Origin: Paracoccaceae bacterium
Lineage (GTDB): Bacteria > Pseudomonadota > Alphaproteobacteria > Rhodobacterales > Rhodobacteraceae
DNA: 51,119 nucleotides
Reading direction: 5' to 3'
Assembly (NCBI GenBank): GCA_047636235.1
Contig: JBLIKI010000001.1
Location: 1 to 51,119 of the forward strand
How positions within the stretch are numbered: the stretch's first letter is position 1; each line of letters opens with the position of its first letter. The translations under genes and the position numbers were made by a program. The notes under the pieces are model-generated. The model searched no databases and had not been told where the DNA came from. It saw nothing but the letters and a program-made list of their open reading frames with translations. Shown here in pieces: positions 1-9,712 of this stretch.

Positions 1-164
1 AACGGTCCGCTCAAGGGTTTCGAGCGGGTCGCCGCAGGCGCTGATGCGGGCGAGTTGCTCCTCAAGGCCGAAAAGGCTCCGCTGATCCGTGGGAAGGCCT
101 CCACCCGTGCGACAAAGCCAGTGAATCACGAAACGGCGGCGATGCGGGGGTTTTGCGGGTGTCC
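1..164 (-). mobile_element. IS5-family element, left end and transposase N-terminus (runs off window)
   Basis: Minus frame 90->1 reads (T)DQRSLFGLEEQLARISACGDPLETLERTV, matching alphaproteobacterial IS5 transposase N-termini (MDQ..LF.L...L..LS..GDPLE.L...VDFE). GGAGG lies 7 nt upstream and the first codon is ACG. Putative terminal IR begins GGACACCCGCAAAACCCC at 164. Confidence 0.7.
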
Positions 165-325
165 AGCTACGTGCCCATCTCGTTGACTTCTTGGCAGCCT
201 ATAATTTTGCCCGTCGGCTGAAAACGCTCAGTGGCTTCACACCCTACGAATACATCTGCAAATTCTGGACATCAGAGCTGGATTGATTAATCTTGGAACC
301 AATCCATGAATGCCGGGAATAAACA
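164..325 (+). mobile_element. IS481-family transposase 3' remnant with right end
   Basis: Frame from 164 reads QLRAHLVDFLAAYNFARRLKTLSGFTPYEYICKFWTSELD*LILEPIH / MPGIN, the typical IS481 C-terminus, with an internal stop and a frameshift. It ends in ACA at 323-325, the IS481-type terminus. Confidence 0.8.
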
Positions 326-342
326 GCCAAGTCGCTGAAATT

Positions 343-1000
343 TCACGTGACGGTTCTTTCGCCATTCGAGTCAATCTTTAACGCCAGATCGTCCCAATTT
401 TTGGCGTCTTTTTTGAGGGCGTGCAGCCCTTTGGCCAAGCGGCAAAGCTCATCCTTGTCGATATTTTCGAAGTTATCTCGTGCTCTTGGCCCGTCGCGTC
501 GCATGTCGATAGAAATATGGACCGTCGACTATTCCGGGATTGACCTCAAAAAGGATCTTGTGCCCGTTGAGGCCCTCAGTCTGCGCCGCGGTCACTTTGC
601 GGACGGCGGACATCACGACCTCGGCGATCGCGTCCAACAGGTGGTCGGCTTCGGCCGGGTTCGGAATTGTCGGGGTCTCCGGCTTCACGAACGCGTAGCT
701 GTCACGCTGCATCTTTGCGATGCGCTCGAGGTTGAGCAGGCCGTGGCTTAGGAACCCGCCCAGCCCCTCGGCGGTTTTGCCGTCATATTTCGCATGGATC
801 GAATGACGCGCGTCGGGAAAGCTTTATCCGATCATCTGCTCGATCTCAGCGATTTAAGAGGCATCTTTTGCGGCACAAGGCTTTGGACGGCTATCTACAT
901 CGTGTCACGATACAACAAAAGAACGTATTCAACATTCTCGATCATACTCTTCTAGATCCTCTTGACGTGGCATCACTGCAAGGATCGTTAATAATAGCTT
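343..1000 (-). pseudogene. Decayed gene of unknown function in a lower-GC patch
   Basis: Protein-like fragments in different minus frames (HAKYDGKTAEGLGGFLSHGLLNLERIAKMQRDSY...; ISIDMRRDG...KNWDDLALKIDSNGERTVT*) separated by stops and a frameshift. Visibly more AT-rich than the rest of the window. Confidence 0.3.
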
Positions 1001-1028
1001 CAGGCGCGCACAACCGCGCCCGCCCACC

Positions 1029-1484
1029 TCACACCGGATCGCCAAAGGGATCGCCGCCATTGGCCCGCCAGCGCATCGTCGCCACGGCATTGGCGACCGG
1101 ATTGCCCAGCTCATCCGTCAGATCGATCCCGGCGAAATAGCTTTTGCGCCCGCCGCCGGTCACTCGCGCCTCGGCGATCAGGCGGCGGCCTTTGACTTGG
1201 CCGATATAGTTCACGGTTAGCGACAGCGTCATCGCGCGCCGCACCCGGCCCGGCCACGGGCACCACGACCCTGCGAACCCGGCGGCGGTGTCGATCAGCG
1301 TCGCGTGCACCCCGCCGTGGGGCAGGCCATAGCGGTTGTCGTGATGGGTCGCCAACTCCAGTTCCACCCGCGCATAGCGGTCCGCCCACGCGGTGACGCG
1401 GAACCCCAGAAGGGCCTGGAAGGGATAGGTCGCCTCGTCGGTCAGCGGGTCGTATCCGGGCGGGATCGCGGGCAGGGCGGTCAA
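1029..1484 (-). CDS. PaaI-family (hotdog) acyl-CoA thioesterase
   Basis: NRYGLPHGGVHATLIDTAAG motif, TLSLTVNY strand. TTG start overlaps the IclR stop (TTGA). Confidence 0.9.
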   Translation of the reverse strand: MTALPAIPPGYDPLTDEATYPFQALLGFRVTAWADRYARVELELATHHDNRYGLPHGGVHATLIDTAAGFAGSWCPWPGRVRRAMTLSLTVNYIGQVKGRRLIAEARVTGGGRKSYFAGIDLTDELGNPVANAVATMRWRANGGDPFGDPV

Positions 1485-2350
1485 GAGGCGGCCTCAGGCG
1501 TGGCGCGGGTCAGCGACAGATCGCGCGCGGCGAGCGCGAGGCGCGGGCCAACCTTTTCCTCAAGCTCTTGCGGGGACACGAGGAACGCAGGCCCGCCGAC
1601 GTTCATCGCAAATATCCGCTCGCCGTCCGGGGACAGGATCGGGGCGGCGACGCCGTTGATCTCAGGCTTCCAATCGCCGAACGATGCGACAAAGCCGCGG
1701 GTCGCCAGTTCGACCTGCGCGCGCGCGACGTTGTCCCGGGTGGTCCGGTCATGCTCGGGGTAGCGGCGGCCAAGCTCGGCCAGCACCAATTCCCGCTCCG
1801 GCGCGTGCATCGAGGCCAGAATCGCCCGCCCGACGGCGGAGGCACCCAGCGGCAGGCGCGCCCCGACCTCCAGCGTCAGCGACACGGTTTGCGGCGCGCG
1901 GCGCACGGCGACGTAGACGGCCTTGAGGTTGTGCCGCTCCGCCAGCGCCACGGTCACGGCGGCGGGGACGCCTGGGGTGCGCGCCAGATCGTCCATGATC
2001 GGCAGGGCGCGCTCGCGCATCTCCATGCTCGACAACACCGAATAGCCGAGGCCCAGAATCCCCGGACCGAGCTGATAGGCGCCTTTATGCTCGGAATAGA
2101 TCAGATAGCCGAGCGCGCACAGCGTGTAGGTCAGCCGCGTGACGGTGGGTTTGGGCAGGCGCGTGCGCTCGGCCAATTGCTGGTTGGTCAGCGCATGTTC
2201 GCCGGCGCGAAAGGCGCGCAGGATTTCAAGCCCGCGCGCCAATGAGGTGACGAACTTGCGATCCGCCCCCAGATCCGCCCCCGGATCCGCGCCAAGGTCG
2301 TCCAGCGCGTCGTCCGGGTCGCCGACGCGCCGTGTCTTGCCGTCTCTCAT
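1481..2350 (-). CDS. IclR-family transcriptional regulator (PcaR/PobR-like)
   Basis: FVTSLARGLEILRAF...LPKPTVTRLTYTL HTH; VGARLPLGASAVGRA and INGVAAPI effector-domain motifs. Confidence 0.95.
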   Translation of the reverse strand: MRDGKTRRVGDPDDALDDLGADPGADLGADRKFVTSLARGLEILRAFRAGEHALTNQQLAERTRLPKPTVTRLTYTLCALGYLIYSEHKGAYQLGPGILGLGYSVLSSMEMRERALPIMDDLARTPGVPAAVTVALAERHNLKAVYVAVRRAPQTVSLTLEVGARLPLGASAVGRAILASMHAPERELVLAELGRRYPEHDRTTRDNVARAQVELATRGFVASFGDWKPEINGVAAPILSPDGERIFAMNVGGPAFLVSPQELEEKVGPRLALAARDLSLTRATPEAAS

Positions 2351-4320
2351 GCCGCCGCCTCCTGGCCGCGCGCCGCCGCGCGACCTTGTTTTCGCGCGGA
2401 TAGCAGAGGAAGCGCCGCCAAGGCCAGACCAGCCGCGATCAGCCCCAGATGCGGCAGACCGATCAGGCCGCCGCCGGGCATCGCCATGCTAAGCCCACCG
2501 GCGAAAAGCATGACCCGCAGGATCGCGCCGACCAGCCCGCCCGGCATGTCGCCCAGAAGGCTGACATGGCCCTGCAACGCCGCGGAGATGAACCACACGC
2601 CGATCAGGGCGGTGACAACGCTGGTGGCGACCTCCCATGCCGGGCCTACGCCGATCAGCGCCGGGTTCAGCACGAAGAAGAACGGCGCGATATAGATCAC
2701 CCCGCCCAGCTTCATCGCCTCGAAGCCCGATTTCATCGGCGCGGCGCCCGCCAGCGTGGCTGCGGCGAAGGCGCCCAAAGCGACCGGCGGCGTGATGTAC
2801 GACACCATGCCCCAATAAAGGATGAACAGATGCACCGCGAGCTCGTTCAGCCCCGCCTGCGTCAGTGCAGGCGCCAGCACGACGGCGAGGAAGATGTAGC
2901 AAGCGGTGACCGTCATCCCCATGCCGAAGATGAACGCGGTCAGCGCGCCCATCAGGAGCAGCGCCAGCGTGGAATCACCGGCGATGAAGATCAGCTCATT
3001 GACCAGCGTGCCCGCAAGCCCGGTGGCCGAGAACGCGCCGACGATCAGCCCGACGCCCAGCAGCACCGCCACCAGTTCCGCCAAGGACCGCCCGACGCCG
3101 ACCAGCATGTCGCCTGCACTGGACAGCGTCAGGCGCTTTTTCGGCATGATCTGGTTGATCACCAGCAGAATTGCGGTGGCGTAGAACGGCGCCTGCGTGT
3201 CCATGCGCAGCGCCACCATCATGTAGATCAGCACCGCGAACACGAGGATATAGGGCCAGCCGTCCTTCATCGCCTCGCGCATCGTGGGCGCCTCGCCCGG
3301 CGCCAGGCCCTTGAGCCCGCGTTTGGCGGCATAGGCGTCGATCTGCGCGAACAGGCCGAAATAGAACAGCAAGGACGGGATGATCGCCGCCATGGCGATT
3401 TCGACATAGGGGCGCGACAGAAAGCTGGCCATGACGAACGCGGTGGCGCCCATGATCGGGGGCATCAGCACGCCGCCCGTGGACGCGCACGCCTCGGTCG
3501 CCGCCGCATAGCGGGCCGAGAAGCCGGTGCGCTTCATCGCCGGGATCGACACCGCGCCGGTGGTCAGCACGTTGGAGATGACCGAGCCGGACATCGACCC
3601 CATGAAGCCGGATGCGAAGATCGCCACCTTGGCCGCCCCGCCGCGATACCCGCCGACCATGGCGAGCGCGAGGTCGTTGAAGAACTGCCCGCCCCCGGTG
3701 CGCTGCAGCACCGCGCCGAACAGGATGAACCCGATCACGAGGTTGCCGAACGCCTTCATCGGGATGCCGAAGCTGCTTTCGGACGACATGATGTGATAGG
3801 GGATCGCGTCCATGAACGGCGAGGCGAAGCCCGACAGCGGGTCGGGGATCACGTCCGCGAAGGTCGGGTACAGCGAGAAGGTCCCGACGATCAAGAACAG
3901 GACGAACCCGCCCGCGCGGCGCGTCGCCTCAAGGATCAGCAGCCACAGCACGACGGCGACATAGCGCGCGGTGTCGGGGGCGGCGTATTCCCAGCCCTGC
4001 TCCAAAGATTGATCGGCGGTCCAGGCGAAATAGCCGGCCGAGGTCATCGCCAACAGCCCGAGCGCCCAGTCGAGCGGCCCGGCGCCCTTTTCCTTGGACA
4101 GCGGATAGACCAGAAAGCTGATCCCGAGGAACAGCCCGGCCAGAAGATAAAGATAAAGCCCTTCGAGCAGCACGATCCCGAAGGCCTGAAAGTTGAAAAG
4201 CTGGTTCGCCGACAACGCGATGGCGAAGGTGGTCACGACCCCCACCGCGAGGCGCGCGCCGCTGGGCATGGCGATGACCGGCTCCTTGGGCAGCGCCAAT
4301 TTCTGTGCGGGTTCGGTCAT
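2347..4320 (-). CDS. TAXI-TRAP fused 4TM/12TM permease
   Basis: GGAAKVAIFASGFMGSMSGS, ASTGGVLMPPIMGATAFVMA, GMGMTVTACY and ITPPVALGAFAAA motifs; 657 aa, hydrophobic. Confidence 0.95.
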   Translation of the reverse strand: MTEPAQKLALPKEPVIAMPSGARLAVGVVTTFAIALSANQLFNFQAFGIVLLEGLYLYLLAGLFLGISFLVYPLSKEKGAGPLDWALGLLAMTSAGYFAWTADQSLEQGWEYAAPDTARYVAVVLWLLILEATRRAGGFVLFLIVGTFSLYPTFADVIPDPLSGFASPFMDAIPYHIMSSESSFGIPMKAFGNLVIGFILFGAVLQRTGGGQFFNDLALAMVGGYRGGAAKVAIFASGFMGSMSGSVISNVLTTGAVSIPAMKRTGFSARYAAATEACASTGGVLMPPIMGATAFVMASFLSRPYVEIAMAAIIPSLLFYFGLFAQIDAYAAKRGLKGLAPGEAPTMREAMKDGWPYILVFAVLIYMMVALRMDTQAPFYATAILLVINQIMPKKRLTLSSAGDMLVGVGRSLAELVAVLLGVGLIVGAFSATGLAGTLVNELIFIAGDSTLALLLMGALTAFIFGMGMTVTACYIFLAVVLAPALTQAGLNELAVHLFILYWGMVSYITPPVALGAFAAATLAGAAPMKSGFEAMKLGGVIYIAPFFFVLNPALIGVGPAWEVATSVVTALIGVWFISAALQGHVSLLGDMPGGLVGAILRVMLFAGGLSMAMPGGGLIGLPHLGLIAAGLALAALPLLSARKQGRAAARGQEAAA

Positions 4321-4534
4321 GGGGAAGGCTCCGACGGTCTGGACGGGGATATGGGGACGCAGGCGTGGCTGCGAGATCAGGGCGCGATTTCAGGCTGCGG
4401 GGTCGGACGCCGTTCGCGGCGGGCGCGATGGGTGGGCGGTCCGGTCGCGGCAGGGTGCAAGCGGGCGCCGCGCCCCCGACAGGGGGGGCGTGGTCGCCAC
4501 GCGCCCGCAACGGGCGCGCGATGGCAGGCGACGC

Positions 4535-4562
4535 GGGCGACGCGGATCGCTCCGCGCCGCCC
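4535..4562 (-). terminator. GC-rich stem-loop after the TAXI SBP gene (terminator or mRNA stabiliser)
   Basis: gggcgacgcgga-tcgc-tccgcgccgccc inverted repeat just past the SBP stop. Further hairpins lie at ~4468-4496 and 4500-4518. Confidence 0.5.
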
Positions 4563-4571
4563 GGCGCTTGA

Positions 4572-5708
4572 TCAGAACGTGACGGTGAACCCGCCGGCTT
4601 TCAGCGCGGCGTGACGCGCCTCGGCCCAGCTTTCTTCCCAATTCTCGGGGTTCTTGGCCATCAGGGCGTCCCACGCGGCCTTCAGCGCGGCCTGACGGTT
4701 GATCAGCATGTCGTTGTGGGCCTGCGCCTTGTCGGTCCAGACGCCGATCTCCGTGTAGTACTTGATCGCGCCGACATGGTAGGGGGCCACCCAGGTGAAG
4801 TTCTGGTTCTCAATCGCCCAGCCGTTGATGCCGGGGGCCTTGTCCTTGTACTGCGGGAACAGCTCCACCATCGCCTTGGTCATCGCATAGGCCTGATCGG
4901 CGTCGCCGTCGCCCATGGTCATCAGCACCGGATACGCATAAGTCGCGGTGTTCACGCCGTCGGTGCCGTCGATGGTGGCGCCCACGGTGGCCTTGAAGGT
5001 CGAGAAGAACGGCGCGATGTCCTGCATCCGCGCGATGCCCTCGGCGTTGGCCGGGTCGATCGGCGGCCAGGTCAAGCCGCGCGGGCCGGAAGCCGCCTCA
5101 TAGGCGAGGCCGGAGTTGGTCGACGCGAAGGCTGCGTCCACCTGGCCCGAGGTCAGCCCCTTCCACGACGCGCCGAAGCCGCCGAATTCCACCACCGTCA
5201 CGTCGTCCCAGGTCAGGCCGCCATAGGCGAGATAGGCCTGCATGTTGACGTTGAGCGCGGGCGCGCCTTTGACGAACGCGACGCGCTTGCCCTTGAGGTC
5301 GCTATATTCCTTGACGTCGATGTCGCCGGCCACGCCGACCGACAGCCCGGTGCCGCCGCCCGCGTTGGCGATCAGCACGCGCACCGGCTGGGGGCCCCAG
5401 TTCTTGGCGCCGAAGTCGAACGCGCCTTCCTGGCTCATATAGCTGCCGCCGACGCCGTTGGCGGAGTAGGGGACTTTGCCTTGACGCACCGGCTCGGTGC
5501 GGCTGATGTCGTTCTTGCCGGGCAGGACGCGCAGGTTGACCCCTGCGCTTTCCTTCAGCGCGGCGCCGATGGCGACGGATTGGTTGTAGCCGGCGGAGCC
5601 GGTGTCATAGGCTGTCCAGGTCAGCTGGCCGGGCAGCTCCTGCGCCATGACGGGCGCCGCAAGGCCCGCGACGAGGGTGGCGGCGGCAAGCGCGCGTGAA
5701 ATCATCAT
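4572..5708 (-). CDS. TAXI-family TRAP solute-binding protein (378 aa)
   Basis: Start reassigned to MMISRALAAA (purine-rich RBS, Sec signal ..VMA|Q). WTAYDTGSAGY, DLKGKRVA and PYHVGAIKYY TAXI motifs. Confidence 0.93.
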   Translation of the reverse strand: MMISRALAAATLVAGLAAPVMAQELPGQLTWTAYDTGSAGYNQSVAIGAALKESAGVNLRVLPGKNDISRTEPVRQGKVPYSANGVGGSYMSQEGAFDFGAKNWGPQPVRVLIANAGGGTGLSVGVAGDIDVKEYSDLKGKRVAFVKGAPALNVNMQAYLAYGGLTWDDVTVVEFGGFGASWKGLTSGQVDAAFASTNSGLAYEAASGPRGLTWPPIDPANAEGIARMQDIAPFFSTFKATVGATIDGTDGVNTATYAYPVLMTMGDGDADQAYAMTKAMVELFPQYKDKAPGINGWAIENQNFTWVAPYHVGAIKYYTEIGVWTDKAQAHNDMLINRQAALKAAWDALMAKNPENWEESWAEARHAALKAGGFTVTF

Positions 5709-5760
5709 GTGGCTCTCTCCCTGAGATGGCGCCCCGTGATAGACCGGAGCGCTTTTTTCA

Positions 5761-5798
5761 TTGCGAAACATGGTTTCGCAAGCGATTGTCCCCGTCAA
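5761..5798. promoter_or_regulatory. Perfect palindrome TTGCGAAAC-ATG-GTTTCGCAA (5761-5781) overlapping a candidate minus-strand promoter (TTGACG-N17-AACCAT); likely IclR operator
   Basis: 9-bp perfect inverted repeat in the divergent intergenic region; -35-like TTGACG at 5798-5793. Confidence 0.6.
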
Positions 5799-5859
5799 CA
5801 GCAAACACGCGCCGCAGGCGAAGATCCTCGGCGTGAAAGATGCCATCAGGAGGAATAGC

Positions 5860-7515
5860 ATGGCGCGTGCCGCCGATCTCGCCGCCGATTGCCTTGCGGG
5901 CCTCGGCTTCGACCGCCTGTTCTGCGTTCCGGGGGAAAGCTATCTCGCGCTTTTGGATGCGCTGCACGGGCGGACCGACATCGACCTGGTGATCTGCCGC
6001 CACGAAGGCGGCGCGGGGATGATGGCGGTGGCCGACGCCAAGCTGACCGGCAAGCCGGGGCTGGCCGCGGTCAGCCGCGGGCCGGGGGCGGCCAACGCGT
6101 CCGTCGCGGTTCACGCCGCGCAGCAGGACGCCGTGCCGCTGGTGCTGTTGGTCGGGCAGGTCGCGCGGCATGAGCGCCATTTGGGCGCGTTCCAAGAGGT
6201 TGATTACACGCAATTCTTCGGGTCCATGGCCAAAGGCGTGTGGGAGGTGGACGACGCGTCCCGCCTGCCGGAAACGCTGGCGCGCGCCTATCAGGTGGCG
6301 ATGTCCGGCACCCCCGGCCCGGTGGTGATTTCCTTGCCCGAGGATATGCTGGAGGACCGGACCGAGGCGACGCCGCTCGCCGCCCCCGCCATCGCGCGGT
6401 CGGCCCCGGCGGGCGCGGACATGGACCGCGCCGCCGACCTGATCGCCAAGGCCGAGCGCCCGTTGATCATCGCCGGGGGCGGTTGCGCGTCCCCCGAGGG
6501 GCGCCGCGCGCTGGCCCGCGCCGCCGAGGCCTTGGGCGCCCCGGTCGCGCTGACCTTCAAGTTCCAGCACATTTTTGACAACGCCTCGCCGCTTTATGGC
6601 GGGCATCTGGGGTTCAAGATCCCCAAGGCGCAGGTCGAAGAATTGCAGAAGGCCGACCTGATTCTGGCGGTCGGCACGCGGCTCGGCGACACGCCGACCC
6701 AGAACTACACCCTGCCGCGCGCGCCGGTCCCCGATCAGACGCTGATCCATGTCCACGCCGATCCGGCGGTGCCGGGGCGGGTGCATCACGCCACTCTGCC
6801 GATGGTGTCGGACGCGGCGCTGTTCCTGACCGCGCTGGCGGACCGCAATCTGCCGCGCCCGGCGGCGCGCGATGCATGGACCGCAGGCGTCAACGCCGTG
6901 GCGCGGAAAATCGCGGATCGCCAGCCGCAGCCGCGCGCGGACGGGGTGGAATTCGGCCACATGGTCAATGCGCTCGCCGCCGCCGCCCCCAAGGGAACCG
7001 CGCTGGCGATGGATGCAGGCAACTTCTCCGGCTGGATCCACTGCCTGTGGCCATGGGACGGCGCCAGCGACAGCGTCGGCGCCGTGGGCGGCGCGATGGG
7101 CATGGGCGTGCCGGGCGCGGTGGCGGCCTGTTTGCGCCGCAGCGACAAGCGCGCGATCGGGTTCGTCGGCGACGGCGGGGCGCTGATGACTGGCAATGAA
7201 CTCGCCACCGGCATCGCCGCGGGCGCCAAGCCGATCATCGTGATCTCCAACAACGGCACCTACGCCACGATCCGCATGCATCAGGAACGGGACTATCCGG
7301 GCCGGGTGTCGGGCACCGATCTGGTCAACCCTGATTTCACCGCCTGGGGGGCCGCGTTCGGCGCGCTCGCCATCACGGTGACCACGCCTGAGGAGGCGCC
7401 CGCCGCCGCCGCCCGCGCCTTCGCCCATGACGGGGCGGTGGTGATCGAAGTGAAATCCTCGGCCGAGGCGATCTCGCCCTTCGCCACCATCACCCAGCTC
7501 AGGGGCCTTAAATGA
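5860..7515 (+). CDS. Thiamine-diphosphate-dependent enzyme (acetolactate-synthase-like superfamily), 551 aa
   Basis: AGGAGG RBS; FCVPGESYL, CRHEGGA (catalytic Glu), VSRGPG, AFQEVD; ThDP motif GDGG...NNGTY. Confidence 0.93.
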   Translation: MARAADLAADCLAGLGFDRLFCVPGESYLALLDALHGRTDIDLVICRHEGGAGMMAVADAKLTGKPGLAAVSRGPGAANASVAVHAAQQDAVPLVLLVGQVARHERHLGAFQEVDYTQFFGSMAKGVWEVDDASRLPETLARAYQVAMSGTPGPVVISLPEDMLEDRTEATPLAAPAIARSAPAGADMDRAADLIAKAERPLIIAGGGCASPEGRRALARAAEALGAPVALTFKFQHIFDNASPLYGGHLGFKIPKAQVEELQKADLILAVGTRLGDTPTQNYTLPRAPVPDQTLIHVHADPAVPGRVHHATLPMVSDAALFLTALADRNLPRPAARDAWTAGVNAVARKIADRQPQPRADGVEFGHMVNALAAAAPKGTALAMDAGNFSGWIHCLWPWDGASDSVGAVGGAMGMGVPGAVAACLRRSDKRAIGFVGDGGALMTGNELATGIAAGAKPIIVISNNGTYATIRMHQERDYPGRVSGTDLVNPDFTAWGAAFGALAITVTTPEEAPAAAARAFAHDGAVVIEVKSSAEAISPFATITQLRGLK

Positions 7516-9596
7516 CCACCATCGCAGATCTTCTCGCCCCCCGTTCGGTCGCGATCGTCGGCGCGTCGGACGACGCCACCCGCATCGGCGGGCGCCCGAT
7601 CGCCTATATGCTGGCCGCGGGGTTCGAAGGGCGGCTGATCCCGGTCAACCCCAAGCGGGCCACCGTGCAGGGGCTGGCGGCGGCGCCCTCGGTGCTCGAG
7701 ATCGACGGAACCATCGATTTCGCGCTGATCGCGGTGCCGGCGCAGCATGTCGCGCAGACCATTCGCGACGCCGGGGCCAAAGGCGCCAAGGCGGCGCTGT
7801 GCTTTTCGTCCGGCTTTGCGGAAATGGGGCCGGAAGGCGCGGTGCGCGAGGCCGAGGTGCTGCGTGCCGCGCGCGAATCCGGGGTGCGGCTGATCGGGCC
7901 GAACTGCCTTGGCGCGTTCAACGCCGCGACCGGGTTCATCCCGTGCTTTTCGTCAACGCTGGAAAAGGGCGCGCCGGTGTCGGGCGGGCTGGCGATCGTC
8001 AGCCAGTCGGGGGCCTATGGCTCGCACATCTATTGGCTGGCGCGCCGGCGCGGGCTTGGCACGCGCTATTTCATGACCACCGGCAATGAGGCGGATGTGG
8101 GCGTGTCAGAGGTGATCGGCCTGATGGCCGAGGACCCGGACGTCCACTGCATCATGGCCTATTCCGAGGGCATCCGCGACGGCGCTCAATTGATCGAGAG
8201 CCTTGAGAAAGCCCGCGCCGCCCGCAAGCCGGTGTTCATCATGAAGGTCGGGCGGTCGGTCGTCGGCGCCGCCGCCGCCTCGTCCCACACCGCATCCTTG
8301 GCGGGCGAGGATGCGGTGCAAGACGCGATCCTGCGCCAGCACGGCGCGGTGCGGGTGCGCACCACCGAAGAAATGCTCGACGCCGCCGAGGCCGCCCGCG
8401 CGCGGATCTACCCGGCGGGCAACCGGCTGGGGGTGGTGACCATCTCCGGCGGCGCAGGGGTGCTGATCGCGGATGAGGCCGACGCGCGGGGGCTGGATGT
8501 AGCCCCGATGCCTGAGGACGCGCAGGCCGAGATCAAGGCGATCCTGCCGTTTGCGGCCCCGCGCAACCCGGTGGACGTAACCGCGCAGGCCTTCAACGAC
8601 CTGACGCTGGTGACCAAGTTCCTGCAAAAGATGGTCGCGCGTGGCGGCTATGACAGCTTGCTGTGTTTTTGGACTTCGGTGGCGGGATCGGCGATCCTGT
8701 CGGAAAAGCTGTTGACCGCGATGCGCGACGGGCTGGCGGGGCAGGACGGATTGCTGGTCGTGCAATCGATCATCGCCGAAGCGGATGTGGTCAAGCGCTA
8801 CGCCGATGACGGCTATCCGGTGTTTGAGGACCCGTCCCGCGCCGTCGCCGCCATCGACGCGCTGACCCGCGCGGGGATGGCGTTCGGCGCGGGGCGTCCG
8901 GTGATCCCGAACGTTCCCGCCATCGCGCCGCTGCCGGACGGTCCGCTGACCGAAGCGGTCGCCGCGCGGCTGTTGGCCGAGGCGGGCCTGCCGATGGCGC
9001 AATCCACGCTGGCGACGACTGCGGCCGAGGCCTCGGCCACGGCGACCGCCGCGGGGCGCCCCGTCGCGATCAAGATCGCGTCGCCGGACATCGCCCATAA
9101 AACCGACATCGGCGGCGTGGCGCTGAACGTCGATCCCGCCGACGCGGGCGCCGAATTCGACGCGATGCTGGCGCGGGTGCGCGCCGCGGCCCCCGATGCG
9201 CTGATCGAGGGGGCGTTGATTTCGCCCATGGTGCCCGCGGGGGTGGATCTGATCCTCGGGGCCAAGCTGGACCCGGCGTTCGGGCCGGTGGTGATGGTCG
9301 GCCTCGGCGGCGTGTTCACCGAAGTGTTCCACGACGTCGCCTTTCGCCGCGCCCCGATCACCAAAGCCACCGCGCGCGAGATGCTGGAGGGCCTGCGCGG
9401 CTGGCCGCTGCTGGACGGCGCCCGCGGGGCGGCCAAGGCCGATGTCGATGCGGCCGCCGCGGCGGTGTCGGCGCTGTCGGTGTTCGCCGCCGCCCATGGC
9501 GCAGGCATCGATAGCGTTGAGATCAATCCGCTCAGGGTCTTGCCCTTGGGGCAGGGGGCGCTCGGCCTCGACGCGCTGATCGTCCGCGGGGGCTGA
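7512..9596 (+). CDS. NDP-forming acyl-CoA synthetase (acetate--CoA ligase family, fused alpha/beta)
   Basis: PRSVAIVGAS CoA-binding domain, IGPNCLG, SHTASLAG phospho-His, ATP-grasp KIASPDIAHKTDIGGV, EINPL. Confidence 0.93.
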   Translation: MTTIADLLAPRSVAIVGASDDATRIGGRPIAYMLAAGFEGRLIPVNPKRATVQGLAAAPSVLEIDGTIDFALIAVPAQHVAQTIRDAGAKGAKAALCFSSGFAEMGPEGAVREAEVLRAARESGVRLIGPNCLGAFNAATGFIPCFSSTLEKGAPVSGGLAIVSQSGAYGSHIYWLARRRGLGTRYFMTTGNEADVGVSEVIGLMAEDPDVHCIMAYSEGIRDGAQLIESLEKARAARKPVFIMKVGRSVVGAAAASSHTASLAGEDAVQDAILRQHGAVRVRTTEEMLDAAEAARARIYPAGNRLGVVTISGGAGVLIADEADARGLDVAPMPEDAQAEIKAILPFAAPRNPVDVTAQAFNDLTLVTKFLQKMVARGGYDSLLCFWTSVAGSAILSEKLLTAMRDGLAGQDGLLVVQSIIAEADVVKRYADDGYPVFEDPSRAVAAIDALTRAGMAFGAGRPVIPNVPAIAPLPDGPLTEAVAARLLAEAGLPMAQSTLATTAAEASATATAAGRPVAIKIASPDIAHKTDIGGVALNVDPADAGAEFDAMLARVRAAAPDALIEGALISPMVPAGVDLILGAKLDPAFGPVVMVGLGGVFTEVFHDVAFRRAPITKATAREMLEGLRGWPLLDGARGAAKADVDAAAAAVSALSVFAAAHGAGIDSVEINPLRVLPLGQGALGLDALIVRGG

Positions 9597-9712
9597 CCCG
9601 CCGCCATGCCATCCGCGCCGTCCGCCCGCCCGCCGCGGGCGGACGGCGCGGCCCAGACCCGCCGGCCGGCCCGCGCAACGAGGCCGCCGCGACCCCTTCG
9701 GAGGACCCCCCC

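Noticed and set aside
347-751. Plus-strand 134-aa ORF as a gene
   Set aside because: No RBS or motif; the minus-strand fragments look more protein-like.
5860-7515. ilvB/ilvI biosynthetic acetolactate synthase
   Set aside because: No small subunit or ilvC nearby; catabolic CoA context.
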